A stretch of DNA of 41,468 bases from sequence record NC_019768.1. One strand, written 5' to 3'. Made by a program: the position numbers and the translations under genes. Numbering within the stretch: the first letter of the stretch is position 1; every line of letters starts with the position of its first letter. This stretch comes from Escherichia phage HK106. Below the pieces are notes generated by a model. The model was not told the DNA's origin and did no database searches. It worked only from the letters and a program-made list of their open reading frames with translations. Below are positions 8,385 to 18,297 of this stretch, piece after piece.

Positions 8385-11300
8385 ATGGCTACGTTGCGCG
8401 AACTGATCATCAAAATATCTGCAAACTCTCAGTCATTCCAGTCTGAAATTTCTCGTGCTTCAAGAATGGGGAATGACTATTACCGGGTAATGCAGACTGG
8501 AGGACGCCAATCGGCCGCAGCTTCGCGTGAAACTCAGCGTGCCTTGGCTGAGGTAACTAGTCAAATAAACACCGCGAAGGCCTCAGCACTGGGAATGGCT
8601 GGTGCATTTGCTGGAGCATTTGCGACTGGTCATCTTATATCGCTGGCCGATGAATGGAGCTCTATTAATGCCAGGCTAAAGCAGGCTTCCCAGTCGTCAG
8701 ATGATTTCACGGAGTCCCAGCGGGCGCTGATGGATATTAGCCAGCGAACCGGAACCGCCTTCTCTGATAATGCGAGTCTTTTTGCGCGTTCAGCCGCTTC
8801 TATGCGTGAATATGGCTACAGTTCAGAAGAGGTTCTGAAGGTAACCGAGGCTATATCAACAGGGCTTAAGCTGTCAGGCGCAAGCGCGTCTGAAGCGAGT
8901 TCGGTAATCACGCAGTTCAGCCAGGCTCTGGCGCAGGGTGTTCTTCGAGGCGAGGAATTTAACTCCGTCAACGAAAACGGTGATCGAGTTATCCGTGCTC
9001 TTGCCGCAGGGATGGGTGTAGCTCGTAAAGATCTGAAGGCAATGGCCGATCAGGGGATGCTAACCGCAGATAAAGTTGTCCCGGCCCTGATAAGTCAACT
9101 TGGCACTATGCGTGGTGAATTTGAGGCAATGCCGCAGACCGTTTCTGCTGCCACGACGAAAGTCGAAAATGCTTTCATGGCATGGGTAGGTGGCGCTAAT
9201 GAAGCCACTGGTGCGACAAGTACTCTTGTTGCCGTATTGAATACGGTTTCTGACAATATAGACACTGTGGCTACGGCTGCCGGAGCTTTGGCTGCGATAG
9301 GTGGAGCTCGCTATCTTGGAGGGATGTTTGGCGATCTTGGGAACCAGACGGCGCAATTAATAGATGCCAGAAAGAACGAAATTGCGCTCGCAGCTGCAAG
9401 GGCTGAATCTGCTACCCAATCACAACGCAAGGCCGCCGCCGATGCTATTGCTGCTGAGCGAGCTTACCAGCTTGCTCAGTCAGAACTTGTGCTGGCAAAG
9501 AATACTAATGCTGAGGCTACTGCCACTCAAAATGCCATATCCAAGCGCCGGGCAATGATTACAGCAAATGCGGCACTGGTACAGTCAAACAGAGCCGTTG
9601 CAGCCTCTCAGCAGGCACTTAACTCTGCAACATCAGTGCTGGGGCTTGTAAAAACTGGCGCTACGGGTCTTTTGTCGTTAGTTGGTGGTTTGCCAGGAAT
9701 TTTAATGTTGGGTGCTGGGGCGTGGTACACGATGTATCAACGCCAAGAACAAGCCAGGGAATCTGCAATCAAATATGCGGACACAATAGAGCAGGTACGA
9801 GATAATCTGAAATCAATGTCTCAGACGCAGATATCCGCCAACCTTGGACAGGCGAATATTTCACTGGATGCTCAGAATAGTGCGATTGAACAGCAGAAGC
9901 AGAAAGTTGCTGAATTATCCAATCAACTTTATAACGCAAAATTAGCAGCCAATTCTGCTTCAGAGGGGACATGGCTGTATAACGATGCGGTTGAGAAAGC
10001 CGCAGACTTTGCTTCAGAACTTGCGGTTGAAGAAGGCCGACTTGAGCAAATGCTCAATAAAAGAAAGCAAACACAACAGTTAATAAACGACATAACTGAT
10101 CAGGCTATAAATAAAACAGTAGAAATGGCTGGCGCCGTAAGTTCTCTTACAGAGATGTATGACCGGCTGAACAAGGTTTCCAGACAGTCTACAGCAGTGT
10201 CCCCACCAAAATATGCAGGACCTGTACTTCCTGCGCTTGATAATAAGCAACAACAAGCTATTGAGAAAGCACAGCGACAGCTTGAGTTATCTGGCCTTCA
10301 GGGTTTGGATAAGGCTCGAAAGCAGGCAGAATTCGATGCATCTGATCTGAACCTTCCAGCTGGTTGGCGTGAGAAATATGTCAGCATGGAAGTTGAGTCT
10401 GCCAGGCAATTACAAGCAATTCGTAACTCAAGCCGCCATAAGGGTGGAAAATCCGAGGCGGAAAAAACAGCTGATACCTATGACAAGCTGATCAAGCAGC
10501 AAAAAGAGCAGATCGCTCTGCAAGGGCAGAATACCGAGCTGGCAAAGGTTAAATATCAGGTAAGCCAGGGTGAGCTTTCTACGCTAAGTCAGGCCCAGAA
10601 AGCCGAAGTTATGCGTAATGCTGCTCTCATCGATCAGGTTAAATTGCGTGAGCAACTGCGAAATTACGAAGCCAACCTTGCTGACAGTAACGCCAGCGCC
10701 CGCGCAGCCAATGAAGCGCAACTGCTGGGATACGGGCAGGGAACCAGGTTCCGTGAAAGACTTCAGGAGCAGTTCAATCTGCGTAAGGAGTTTGAGCAGA
10801 AGAATACCGATCTTCTCCGCCAGCGTCAGGCTGGTGAAATCGACGAGACGTTCTATCAGCAGGGGCTGGCACTTAATAAGCGCTACCTCGAAGAGCGCCT
10901 GCGCGACCAGGAGGGATATTACGCAGCTTCTGATGCGCAGCGTGACGACTGGATGACGGGACTGTCTGAGGGTTATGCGAACTGGGTGGACGAAGCGACA
11001 GATTACTCCTCCATGGCCGCTGACGGCATGAAGCAGGCCATGGGTGGCGCGGTCACCACGATCACCGACATGCTCAATGGCAACGTTGACAGCTGGAAGG
11101 ACTGGGGCGTGAGCGTACTGAAGATCATCCAGAACGTTCTGGTGAACATGGCTGTTGCTAACGGCGTCAGTTCAATTGGTTCTCTCTTCAGCTTTGGCGC
11201 ATCTTCCGCCGCTGCCGCCAGTAGCGGTACTGCAATTCAGAACGCTGGCGCGAACTTCACCTTTAACGCGAAGGGTAATGTTTACGACTCTCCGTCCCTG

Positions 11301-11651
11301 AGCGCATACAGCAATGGCGTGTTTCAGACCCCTCAGCTTTTTGCTTTTGCCAAAGGAGCGGGTGTGTTTGCAGAGGCTGGACCTGAAGCCATTATGCCGC
11401 TTACCCGTGCTGCTGATGGTTCGCTTGGCGTTCGGGCTGTTGGCACTGGTGGTGGTCAGGCTGTATCTTCGGCTCCACAGGTTTACATCACCATCGATGG
11501 CAACGGAAATACTTCCACGCAGACTTCACCCGGCCTTGAGCAATTTGGTGCTGATGTCGGTAAATATATTGATCAGCGATATAAGCAGAACATCATGCGA
11601 GATATTCGCCCTGGCGGTGACATCTGGAACGCAATGAAAGGAACCCGATAA
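8385..11651 (+). CDS. tail tape measure protein
   Basis: about 1088 aa, long alpha-helical/coiled-coil protein with Gly/Ala-rich C-terminal region; an in-frame ATG at 8373 lies inside the terminator T-tract, so 8385 is preferred. Confidence 0.9.
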   Translation: MATLRELIIKISANSQSFQSEISRASRMGNDYYRVMQTGGRQSAAASRETQRALAEVTSQINTAKASALGMAGAFAGAFATGHLISLADEWSSINARLKQASQSSDDFTESQRALMDISQRTGTAFSDNASLFARSAASMREYGYSSEEVLKVTEAISTGLKLSGASASEASSVITQFSQALAQGVLRGEEFNSVNENGDRVIRALAAGMGVARKDLKAMADQGMLTADKVVPALISQLGTMRGEFEAMPQTVSAATTKVENAFMAWVGGANEATGATSTLVAVLNTVSDNIDTVATAAGALAAIGGARYLGGMFGDLGNQTAQLIDARKNEIALAAARAESATQSQRKAAADAIAAERAYQLAQSELVLAKNTNAEATATQNAISKRRAMITANAALVQSNRAVAASQQALNSATSVLGLVKTGATGLLSLVGGLPGILMLGAGAWYTMYQRQEQARESAIKYADTIEQVRDNLKSMSQTQISANLGQANISLDAQNSAIEQQKQKVAELSNQLYNAKLAANSASEGTWLYNDAVEKAADFASELAVEEGRLEQMLNKRKQTQQLINDITDQAINKTVEMAGAVSSLTEMYDRLNKVSRQSTAVSPPKYAGPVLPALDNKQQQAIEKAQRQLELSGLQGLDKARKQAEFDASDLNLPAGWREKYVSMEVESARQLQAIRNSSRHKGGKSEAEKTADTYDKLIKQQKEQIALQGQNTELAKVKYQVSQGELSTLSQAQKAEVMRNAALIDQVKLREQLRNYEANLADSNASARAANEAQLLGYGQGTRFRERLQEQFNLRKEFEQKNTDLLRQRQAGEIDETFYQQGLALNKRYLEERLRDQEGYYAASDAQRDDWMTGLSEGYANWVDEATDYSSMAADGMKQAMGGAVTTITDMLNGNVDSWKDWGVSVLKIIQNVLVNMAVANGVSSIGSLFSFGASSAAAASSGTAIQNAGANFTFNAKGNVYDSPSLSAYSNGVFQTPQLFAFAKGAGVFAEAGPEAIMPLTRAADGSLGVRAVGTGGGQAVSSAPQVYITIDGNGNTSTQTSPGLEQFGADVGKYIDQRYKQNIMRDIRPGGDIWNAMKGTR

Positions 11652-11653
11652 AA

Positions 11654-11992
11654 ATGGCTATCGAAACTTTCACCTGGTGCCCACGACTTAACGCTGAGGC
11701 AGATATAAATTTCCGCGTCAGGAAAGCACAGTTTGGTGATGGATATGAGCAGGTTTCAGGGGATGGATTGAACACCAGAACCCAGCAATGGACGCTCAAC
11801 TTCACTGGCAACGAAACCTACATTTCTGCCATTAAATCTTTTCTCGACAGGCATGAAGGAACGAAAGCCTTTCAATGGAAGCCACCGCTCGAACCTTTGG
11901 GTTTGTATCGTTGCGAAACGTATAAACCCACCGGGCTTGGCGCGGGGAAATTCAACCTTGAAGCAACATTCATCCAGGCATTTAAACCATGA
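11654..11992 (+). CDS. minor tail protein M
   Basis: 112 aa directly after tape measure, lambda M-like size and position. Confidence 0.8.
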   Translation: MAIETFTWCPRLNAEADINFRVRKAQFGDGYEQVSGDGLNTRTQQWTLNFTGNETYISAIKSFLDRHEGTKAFQWKPPLEPLGLYRCETYKPTGLGAGKFNLEATFIQAFKP

Positions 11993-12747
11993 GCTTAAAC
12001 GCAGATTATCAGAAGCTGGAATCCGGAAACGATGTTCGTCTGATTGAGGTGGACGGTTCTTCCTTTGGGCTAACGGACGTTCTCCGCTTTCACAATTACA
12101 GCATTCCCCACACAGAAGCGGAAATCATCGCCGCTGGTGGGGATGAGTCCAAGCTTCCGGCGAAACCAATCTGGTGGCAGGGAAATGAATACGCCGCCTG
12201 GCCGTATCAGCTGGAAGGTCTGGAGAAATCAACCAGTGGGAGCAATGCAACGCCATCACTGACGGTTGCGAACATCGAAAGCTCCATTTCTGCTCTGTGT
12301 CTTGCGTATGACGATCTGCTGCAGGCTAAAGTCACTATTCACGACACAAAAGAGAAATATCTCGATGCCAGGAATTTCGCAGACGGTAACCCTTCTGCAG
12401 ACCAGACTCAGGAAAAGCTGCAGGTCTGGTATATCGACGGGAAAACGGGCGAGCTTGCCGGTGAAACCGTTGAATTTGTTCTGTCCAGCCCGATGGACCT
12501 GCAGGGGCAAATGATCCCGACGCGACAGCTTCATTCCCTGTGTACCTGGTGCATCCGGAATAAATATCGCACCGGCGACGGCTGCGACTATGCCGGCACC
12601 CGCTATTTCGACAAAAACAACAACCCGGTAAGCGATCCGTCGCTGGATGAATGCAACGGCACGCTGACGGCCTGCAAACTCCGATTCGGCGAAAATAACG
12701 AACTCTCGTTTGGTGGCTTCCCGGGCACGTCTTTGATCAGGAGTTGA
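11989..12747 (+). CDS. minor tail protein L
   Basis: 252 aa, ATGA overlap with M; Cys-rich C-terminal region as in lambda L. Confidence 0.8.
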   Translation: MSLNADYQKLESGNDVRLIEVDGSSFGLTDVLRFHNYSIPHTEAEIIAAGGDESKLPAKPIWWQGNEYAAWPYQLEGLEKSTSGSNATPSLTVANIESSISALCLAYDDLLQAKVTIHDTKEKYLDARNFADGNPSADQTQEKLQVWYIDGKTGELAGETVEFVLSSPMDLQGQMIPTRQLHSLCTWCIRNKYRTGDGCDYAGTRYFDKNNNPVSDPSLDECNGTLTACKLRFGENNELSFGGFPGTSLIRS

Positions 12748-12748
12748 T

Positions 12749-13459
12749 ATGCGTCAGAAAACCGTCGATGAGATTATGGCGCATGCTGCAGCTGAATATC
12801 CTCGCGAGTGTTGCGGCGTGGTGGCGCAGAAAAGCCGTGTTGAACGTTATTTCCCGTGCCGGAATCTTGCCGCGGCGCCGGAGGACAATTTTGTCCTTTG
12901 CCCGGAAGATTACGCAGCTGCTGAGGACTGGGGTACGGTGATCGCCATCGTTCACAGTCACCCTGACGCCACAACGCAACCGAGCGAACTGGATAAAGCG
13001 CAATGCGACGCAACGCTTTTACCCTGGCACATCGTGAGCTGGCCTGAGGGGGATTTGCGCACCATCCAGCCGCGTGGGGAACTGCCGCTGCTGGAGCGTC
13101 CGTTTGTGCTTGGCCACTTCGACTGCTGGGGTCTGGTAATGAGCTATTTCCGGCAAACGCATGGTATCGAGCTCCACGATTACCGGGTTGATTATCCCTG
13201 GTGGGAAAACGACTATCCGGACAACTTCTATCAGGATTGCTGGTATGAGTGCGGATTCCGTGAATTCGACGGACCACCGAAACCCGGCGATATGGTGATC
13301 ATGCAGGTCCAGGCTGATAAGTGGAACCACGCTGGAATTCTGCTGGAGGGCAATATGCTGCTGCACCACCTGTACGGACATCTGAGCCAGCGCGTGCCGT
13401 ATGGTGGCTACTGGCAGGAAAGGACGATGAAGATTCTTAGACATCAGAATTTTATTTAA
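12749..13459 (+). CDS. tail assembly protein K (MPN/JAB + NlpC/P60-like)
   Basis: 236 aa; HSHP metal-binding motif and a later DCWG cysteine motif, as in lambda K. Confidence 0.8.
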   Translation: MRQKTVDEIMAHAAAEYPRECCGVVAQKSRVERYFPCRNLAAAPEDNFVLCPEDYAAAEDWGTVIAIVHSHPDATTQPSELDKAQCDATLLPWHIVSWPEGDLRTIQPRGELPLLERPFVLGHFDCWGLVMSYFRQTHGIELHDYRVDYPWWENDYPDNFYQDCWYECGFREFDGPPKPGDMVIMQVQADKWNHAGILLEGNMLLHHLYGHLSQRVPYGGYWQERTMKILRHQNFI

Positions 13460-13506
13460 CAAACTGTCACTGATACTATCGTGTAGTACACGGCAAGGAG
13501 AACGAT

Positions 13507-13731
13507 ATGTATACAGTTGGGTTTGGTTGGATCTTCGTCGGTATTTTTATTGGGTTAATTCTCTGGTTTTTCATCAACCGCGCCAGCGTCAGAGCGAACA
13601 GGCAGGTTGAATTACTTGAGTCTATCGACCAGAAATTATCAAAAATAGTAGATCCAAACTTCGAGGCAAATAACAAAGACCAGTCGAAAGAAAACTACCT
13701 TGAAGAAGCAAGGAAAAAAGCTGGGCTTTGA
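13507..13731 (+). CDS. second small single-TM moron protein, paralog of the 8154-8342 product
   Basis: 74 aa, SD AAGGAG; N-terminal TM helix then shared motif R-A-S/T-V/R-R-A-N-x-Q-V-E-x-L; own terminator downstream; inserted between K and I. Confidence 0.55.
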   Translation: MYTVGFGWIFVGIFIGLILWFFINRASVRANRQVELLESIDQKLSKIVDPNFEANNKDQSKENYLEEARKKAGL

Positions 13732-13740
13732 GAGCGTAAA

Positions 13741-13770
13741 TTAATAAACCACCTACGGGTGGTTTTTTTA
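13741..13770 (+). terminator. intrinsic terminator
   Basis: AACCACC-tacg-GGTGGTT followed by TTTTTTA. Confidence 0.7.
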
Positions 13771-13780
13771 TGGGGGCAGC

Positions 13781-14389
13781 ATGCAAGAGGTAATGACAAG
13801 AATTGAGCTAAGTGGCGTGCTAGCTAAGACATATGGAAGGGTTCATCACCGTCTGGTTCGCACTACTGCTGAAGCCATTAATGCACTCGCGAAAACCATC
13901 AATGGATTCGAGAAATTCTTAAACACAAGCAAAGCCCGAGGGCTGACGTATGCCGTTTATAGAGATAAAAAGAATATTGGCGTTGATGATCTCGGCTTTC
14001 CCGTCACCGGCGAAGTGATCCGGATTGTCCCTGTAGTAATAGGGAGTAAAAAGGCTGGTCTTTTGCAGACGATCTTGGGGGCCGTGCTTATTACTGCTGC
14101 TGTGTTGACTGGCCCCGGCGGTATTGGCGCTGCTTTCGCTGCTGGTGGATTGACGGGGTTTGCTGCTGCCACTGGTGCCTCGTTGGTCCTCGGTGGGGTT
14201 ATTCAGCTGCTTTCACCGCAGCCATCAGGCATAGCCAGTAAACAAAGCGCAGATAACCGTGCATCGTATGCGTTTGGCGGGGTAACCAACACTGCAGCGC
14301 AAGGCTACCCGGTGCCTCTGCTTTATGGTAAGCGTCGAATCGGCGGAGCGATTATTTCTGCCGGAATTTATGTCGAAGATCAGCAGTAG
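13781..14389 (+). CDS. tail assembly protein I
   Basis: 202 aa; N-terminal ubiquitin-like region and Gly/Ala-rich hydrophobic C-terminal half resembling lambda I. Confidence 0.8.
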   Translation: MQEVMTRIELSGVLAKTYGRVHHRLVRTTAEAINALAKTINGFEKFLNTSKARGLTYAVYRDKKNIGVDDLGFPVTGEVIRIVPVVIGSKKAGLLQTILGAVLITAAVLTGPGGIGAAFAAGGLTGFAAATGASLVLGGVIQLLSPQPSGIASKQSADNRASYAFGGVTNTAAQGYPVPLLYGKRRIGGAIISAGIYVEDQQ

Positions 14390-14401
14390 ATAACTAACCT
14401 T

Positions 14402-14431
14402 TTTTCTGGCCACCTTCGGGTGGCTTTTTTA
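14402..14431 (+). terminator. intrinsic terminator between I and J
   Basis: GGCCACC-ttcg-GGTGGC followed by TTTTTTA. Confidence 0.65.
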
Positions 14432-14441
14432 TGGGCGCAAT

Positions 14442-17400
14442 ATGGCTACAGATAAAGTGTTAAAAGGCCGCAAGGGCGGCAGCTCAAGTTCCCGAACTCC
14501 TACCGAACAGCCTGATGATCTGCAATCTGTAGCGAAGGCAAAAATCCTCGTTGCGCTTGGGGAAGGTGAGTTTGCAGGGCAGCTCACCGGCAAAGATATC
14601 TACCTGGACGGAACAGCGCTGGAGAATGCTGACGGCTCCCAAAACTTCAGCGGGGTAACGTGGGAGTTTCGCGCGGGAACTCAGGCGCAAAAATATATTC
14701 AGGGTATTCCCGGTACCGAAAACGAGATCAGCGTAGGAACTGAGGTATCAAGTGCCACAGCCTGGACGCGCACGTTTACCAATACGCAGCTTTCAGCAGT
14801 TCGCCTGCGTCTTAAATGGCCCTCGCTTTTCAAACAGGAGGACGACGGCGATCTGGTGGGTTACTCGGTCAATTATGCAATTGACCTGCAGACGGACGGC
14901 GGCGCATGGCAGACGGTACTCAATACCAGCGTGACCGGAAAAACGACGTCTGGTTATGAGCGCAGCCACCGTATCGATTTACCGCAGGCTGGCAGCACCT
15001 GGACAATACGTCTGCGTAAGATTACCTCTGACGCCAACAGCGCGAAGATCGGCGACACGATGATGCTGCAGAGCTTCACCGAGGTGATTGACGCCAAACT
15101 GCGCTACCCGAACACCGCGCTGCTCTACGTCGAATTCGACTCAAGCCAGTTCAACGGCTCTATTCCTCAAATTTCATGCGAACCGCGCGGCCGCGTTATC
15201 CGCGTTCCAGATACCTACGACCCTGAAACCCGCACTTATAGCGGTACATGGACCGGTGCGTTTAAGTGGGCATGGACGGATAACCCTGCGTGGATTTTTT
15301 ACGACCTGGTTGTTTCTGACCGGTTCGGCCTTGGGCACCGTTTGACCGCTGCGAATATTGATAAATGGACGCTTTATCAGGTTGCTCAGTATTGTGATCA
15401 GATGGTACCAGACGGCAAAGGGGGCAACGGTACAGAACCACGTTATACCTGCAACGTGTACATTCAGGACCGGAACGACGCCTACACAGTCCTGCGTGAT
15501 TTTGCCGCTATCTTCCGTGGCATGACCTACTGGGGCGGGGATCAGATTGTGGCCCTGGCTGACATGCCGCGCGATGTTGATTACAGCTATACGCGCGCTA
15601 ACGTTGTTGGCGGTCGCTTCACCTATTCGAGCAGCACCACGAAAAGCCGCTACACCACAGCGCTGGTTTCATGGTCAGACCCGGGTAACGCTTATGCCGA
15701 CGCGATGGAGCCGGTATTTGAGCAGGCGCTGGTGGCGCGGTACGGCTTCAATCAGCTGGAAATGACAGCCATCGGCTGCACCAGGCAGTCAGAGGCGAAC
15801 CGAAAGGGGCGCTGGGGTATTCTCACCAATAACAAGGATCGCGTTGTTTCGTTTGATGTCGGGCTGGACGGAAACATTCCGCAGCCGGGCTACATCATCG
15901 CCGTGGCAGACGAGCTGCTTTCCGGAAAGGTTATGGGCGGCCGCATCAGCGCCGTTAACGGTCGCGTTATCAAACTTGACCGCGTAGCTGATGCAGCACC
16001 AGGTGATCGCCTTATTCTCAACCTACCTTCCGGAGCGTCGCAGAGCAGGACCATTCAGGCCGTGAACGGGGAATCAGTCACAGTCACCACGGCATACAGT
16101 GAGACGCCACAGGCCGAAGCTGTTTGGGTGGTTGAATCTGACGAGCTTTACGCGCAGCAGTATCGTGTTGTCAGCGTCTCCGACAACGGTGATGGCACTT
16201 TCTCAATCACCGGCGCATGGCACGACCCGGATAAATATGCCCGCATCGATACCGGAGCCATCATTGACCAGCGGCCGGTGAGCGTGATCCCGCCTGGTAA
16301 CCAGTCGCCGCCTGCGAACATCGTGATCAGCTCGTTTTCCGTGGTTCAGCAAAATATCAGCGTCGAAACAATGCGCGTGAGCTGGGACCAGGCGCAGAAC
16401 GCTATCGCCTATGAAGCGCAATGGCGCCGCAACGACGGGAACTGGGTTAACGTGCCGCGCACCTCCACCACGTCATTCGACGTCCCGGGGATTTATGCCG
16501 GGCGCTACCTGGTGCGGGTGCGCGCAATCAATGCCGCAGAAATTTCATCCGGATGGGGCTATTCAGAAGAGAAAACGCTGACGGGTAAAGTGGGCAATCC
16601 ACCGAAGCCTGTTGGCTTTATCGCCTCTGAAAACGTGGTGTTCGGTATCGAGCTGAACTGGGGATTCCCGGCGAATACCGACGACACGCTGAAGACGGAA
16701 ATTCAGTACAGCCTGACCGGTACTGAAGACGATGCCATGCTGCTGGCCGATGTGCCTTACCCGCAGCGCAAATATCAGCAGATGGGCCTTAAGGCTGGGC
16801 AGATTTTCTGGTACCGCGCGCAGCTGGTTGACCGCAGCGGTAACGAGTCAGGTTATACCGGCTGGGTTCGTGGGCAGGCCAGTATCGATGTTTCTGACAT
16901 CACAGATGTGATCCTTGAAGACATCAAAGGGTCTGAGACGTTCAAAGACCTGATCGAGAACGCTGTGGACAGCAATGAAAAAATTGCTGGCATGGCTGAC
17001 GACATCAAACAGGCCAATGATGAACTTGAGCAGCATGCGAAGGATATCGCCAAAAACGCCCAGGACGTCGGGAAGGTTCAGACCAGCGTTAATGAGCTTT
17101 CCAGCACGGTCGGGAATGTTTCGTCTTCACTCAGTCAGCTTGAGCAGACCGTTGCGACGGCTGATACCGCGCTGGGCCAGCGAATCGACAGCATCAGTGT
17201 GTCTATGGACGGCATGACGGGTGGGGTCAAGAACTCAGCCATTGCCATTATCCAGAACGGGCTGGCGCAGGTGGCTGCGCGTAAAACCCTGTCTGCATCG
17301 GTCGCCGGCAACAGCGCGAATCTGGACCGTATTGATGAGGTGATTGTCAACGACAGGGAGGCAACGGCGCGCTCGCTGCTTAGCCTGCAGACGGACGTCA

Positions 17401-17993
17401 ACGGCAACAAGGCATCCATCAATAGCCTGAATCAGACGTTCTCCGACTATCAGCAGGCTACGGCCACGCAGATAAACGGCATAACGGCGACGGTGAACGG
17501 GCATACCTCCGCCATCACCACTAACGCTCAGGCGATAGCCAACGTTAATGGCGACCTCAGCGCGATGTACAACATCAAGGTTGGCGTTTCCAGCAACGGT
17601 CAGTATTACGCCGCGGGGATGGGTATCGGCGTGGAGAATACGCCATCCGGCATGCAGTCGCAGGTTATCTTCCTGGCTGATCGCTTCGCCGTCACCACGG
17701 CAGCCGGAAATAGCGTGGCTTTGCCGTTTGTGATCCAGAATGGACAGACATTCATCCGGGCCAGTTTCATCCAGGACGGCACTATCAGCAACGCAAAGAT
17801 TGGTAATTTTATCCAGTCGAACAATTATGTTGCTGGTTCTGCTGGCTGGAAGCTTGATAAAGGGGGGACGTTTGAGAACTACGGTTCGACTGCTGGTGAG
17901 GGAGCCATGAAACTGACAAATCAGACGATCAGCGTCAAAGATGGCAGTAATGTTCTTAGGGTGCAGGTTGGCCGATTAACGGGAGTATTCTGA
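14442..17993 (+). CDS. host specificity protein J (central tail fibre / tip attachment protein)
   Basis: 1183 aa, colinear with lambda J through the N-terminal and central regions. Confidence 0.9.
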   Translation: MATDKVLKGRKGGSSSSRTPTEQPDDLQSVAKAKILVALGEGEFAGQLTGKDIYLDGTALENADGSQNFSGVTWEFRAGTQAQKYIQGIPGTENEISVGTEVSSATAWTRTFTNTQLSAVRLRLKWPSLFKQEDDGDLVGYSVNYAIDLQTDGGAWQTVLNTSVTGKTTSGYERSHRIDLPQAGSTWTIRLRKITSDANSAKIGDTMMLQSFTEVIDAKLRYPNTALLYVEFDSSQFNGSIPQISCEPRGRVIRVPDTYDPETRTYSGTWTGAFKWAWTDNPAWIFYDLVVSDRFGLGHRLTAANIDKWTLYQVAQYCDQMVPDGKGGNGTEPRYTCNVYIQDRNDAYTVLRDFAAIFRGMTYWGGDQIVALADMPRDVDYSYTRANVVGGRFTYSSSTTKSRYTTALVSWSDPGNAYADAMEPVFEQALVARYGFNQLEMTAIGCTRQSEANRKGRWGILTNNKDRVVSFDVGLDGNIPQPGYIIAVADELLSGKVMGGRISAVNGRVIKLDRVADAAPGDRLILNLPSGASQSRTIQAVNGESVTVTTAYSETPQAEAVWVVESDELYAQQYRVVSVSDNGDGTFSITGAWHDPDKYARIDTGAIIDQRPVSVIPPGNQSPPANIVISSFSVVQQNISVETMRVSWDQAQNAIAYEAQWRRNDGNWVNVPRTSTTSFDVPGIYAGRYLVRVRAINAAEISSGWGYSEEKTLTGKVGNPPKPVGFIASENVVFGIELNWGFPANTDDTLKTEIQYSLTGTEDDAMLLADVPYPQRKYQQMGLKAGQIFWYRAQLVDRSGNESGYTGWVRGQASIDVSDITDVILEDIKGSETFKDLIENAVDSNEKIAGMADDIKQANDELEQHAKDIAKNAQDVGKVQTSVNELSSTVGNVSSSLSQLEQTVATADTALGQRIDSISVSMDGMTGGVKNSAIAIIQNGLAQVAARKTLSASVAGNSANLDRIDEVIVNDREATARSLLSLQTDVNGNKASINSLNQTFSDYQQATATQINGITATVNGHTSAITTNAQAIANVNGDLSAMYNIKVGVSSNGQYYAAGMGIGVENTPSGMQSQVIFLADRFAVTTAAGNSVALPFVIQNGQTFIRASFIQDGTISNAKIGNFIQSNNYVAGSAGWKLDKGGTFENYGSTAGEGAMKLTNQTISVKDGSNVLRVQVGRLTGVF

Positions 17994-17994
17994 A

Positions 17995-18297
17995 ATGGCT
18001 TATGGAATACAGACCTGGGATGCTTCAGGAAAACCCAACAACTATGGCATCAAACCCGTTTCCGTCGTTGGGCGAATACAGCTGGCTGCCGGGCAAACCT
18101 CCGGCAGCTGGTCTTTTACGGTGCCCTCAGGAATGAAAGTTGGTTTTGTTCTTTCACTTGATGAAGGAGGTAACAGCGTAGGGCGGCGCATTGTCGCGTC
18201 AGGGAGCACAATAACCGTAAGCGCTGCATCTTCTGTAGGTCTGGGTAATTATCCGGCCTCAAAGTGTGAAGTGGTCGTTTTCATGGAGAAAGCATAA
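17995..18297 (+). CDS. hypothetical protein (tail operon, downstream of J)
   Basis: 100-aa ORF, ATG 2 nt after J stop; shares a W-D-x-S-G-K motif with the next ORF. Confidence 0.5.
   Translation: MAYGIQTWDASGKPNNYGIKPVSVVGRIQLAAGQTSGSWSFTVPSGMKVGFVLSLDEGGNSVGRRIVASGSTITVSAASSVGLGNYPASKCEVVVFMEKA

Noticed and set aside
9060-9972. Several 64-98 aa ORFs on both strands inside the tape measure gene
   Set aside because: All lie within the 1088-aa tape measure coding sequence in other frames; its repetitive composition generates spurious open frames.
14484-17824. Multiple 60-95 aa ORFs inside the J gene on both strands
   Set aside because: Embedded in a continuous, well supported 1183-aa ORF; no independent start signals.
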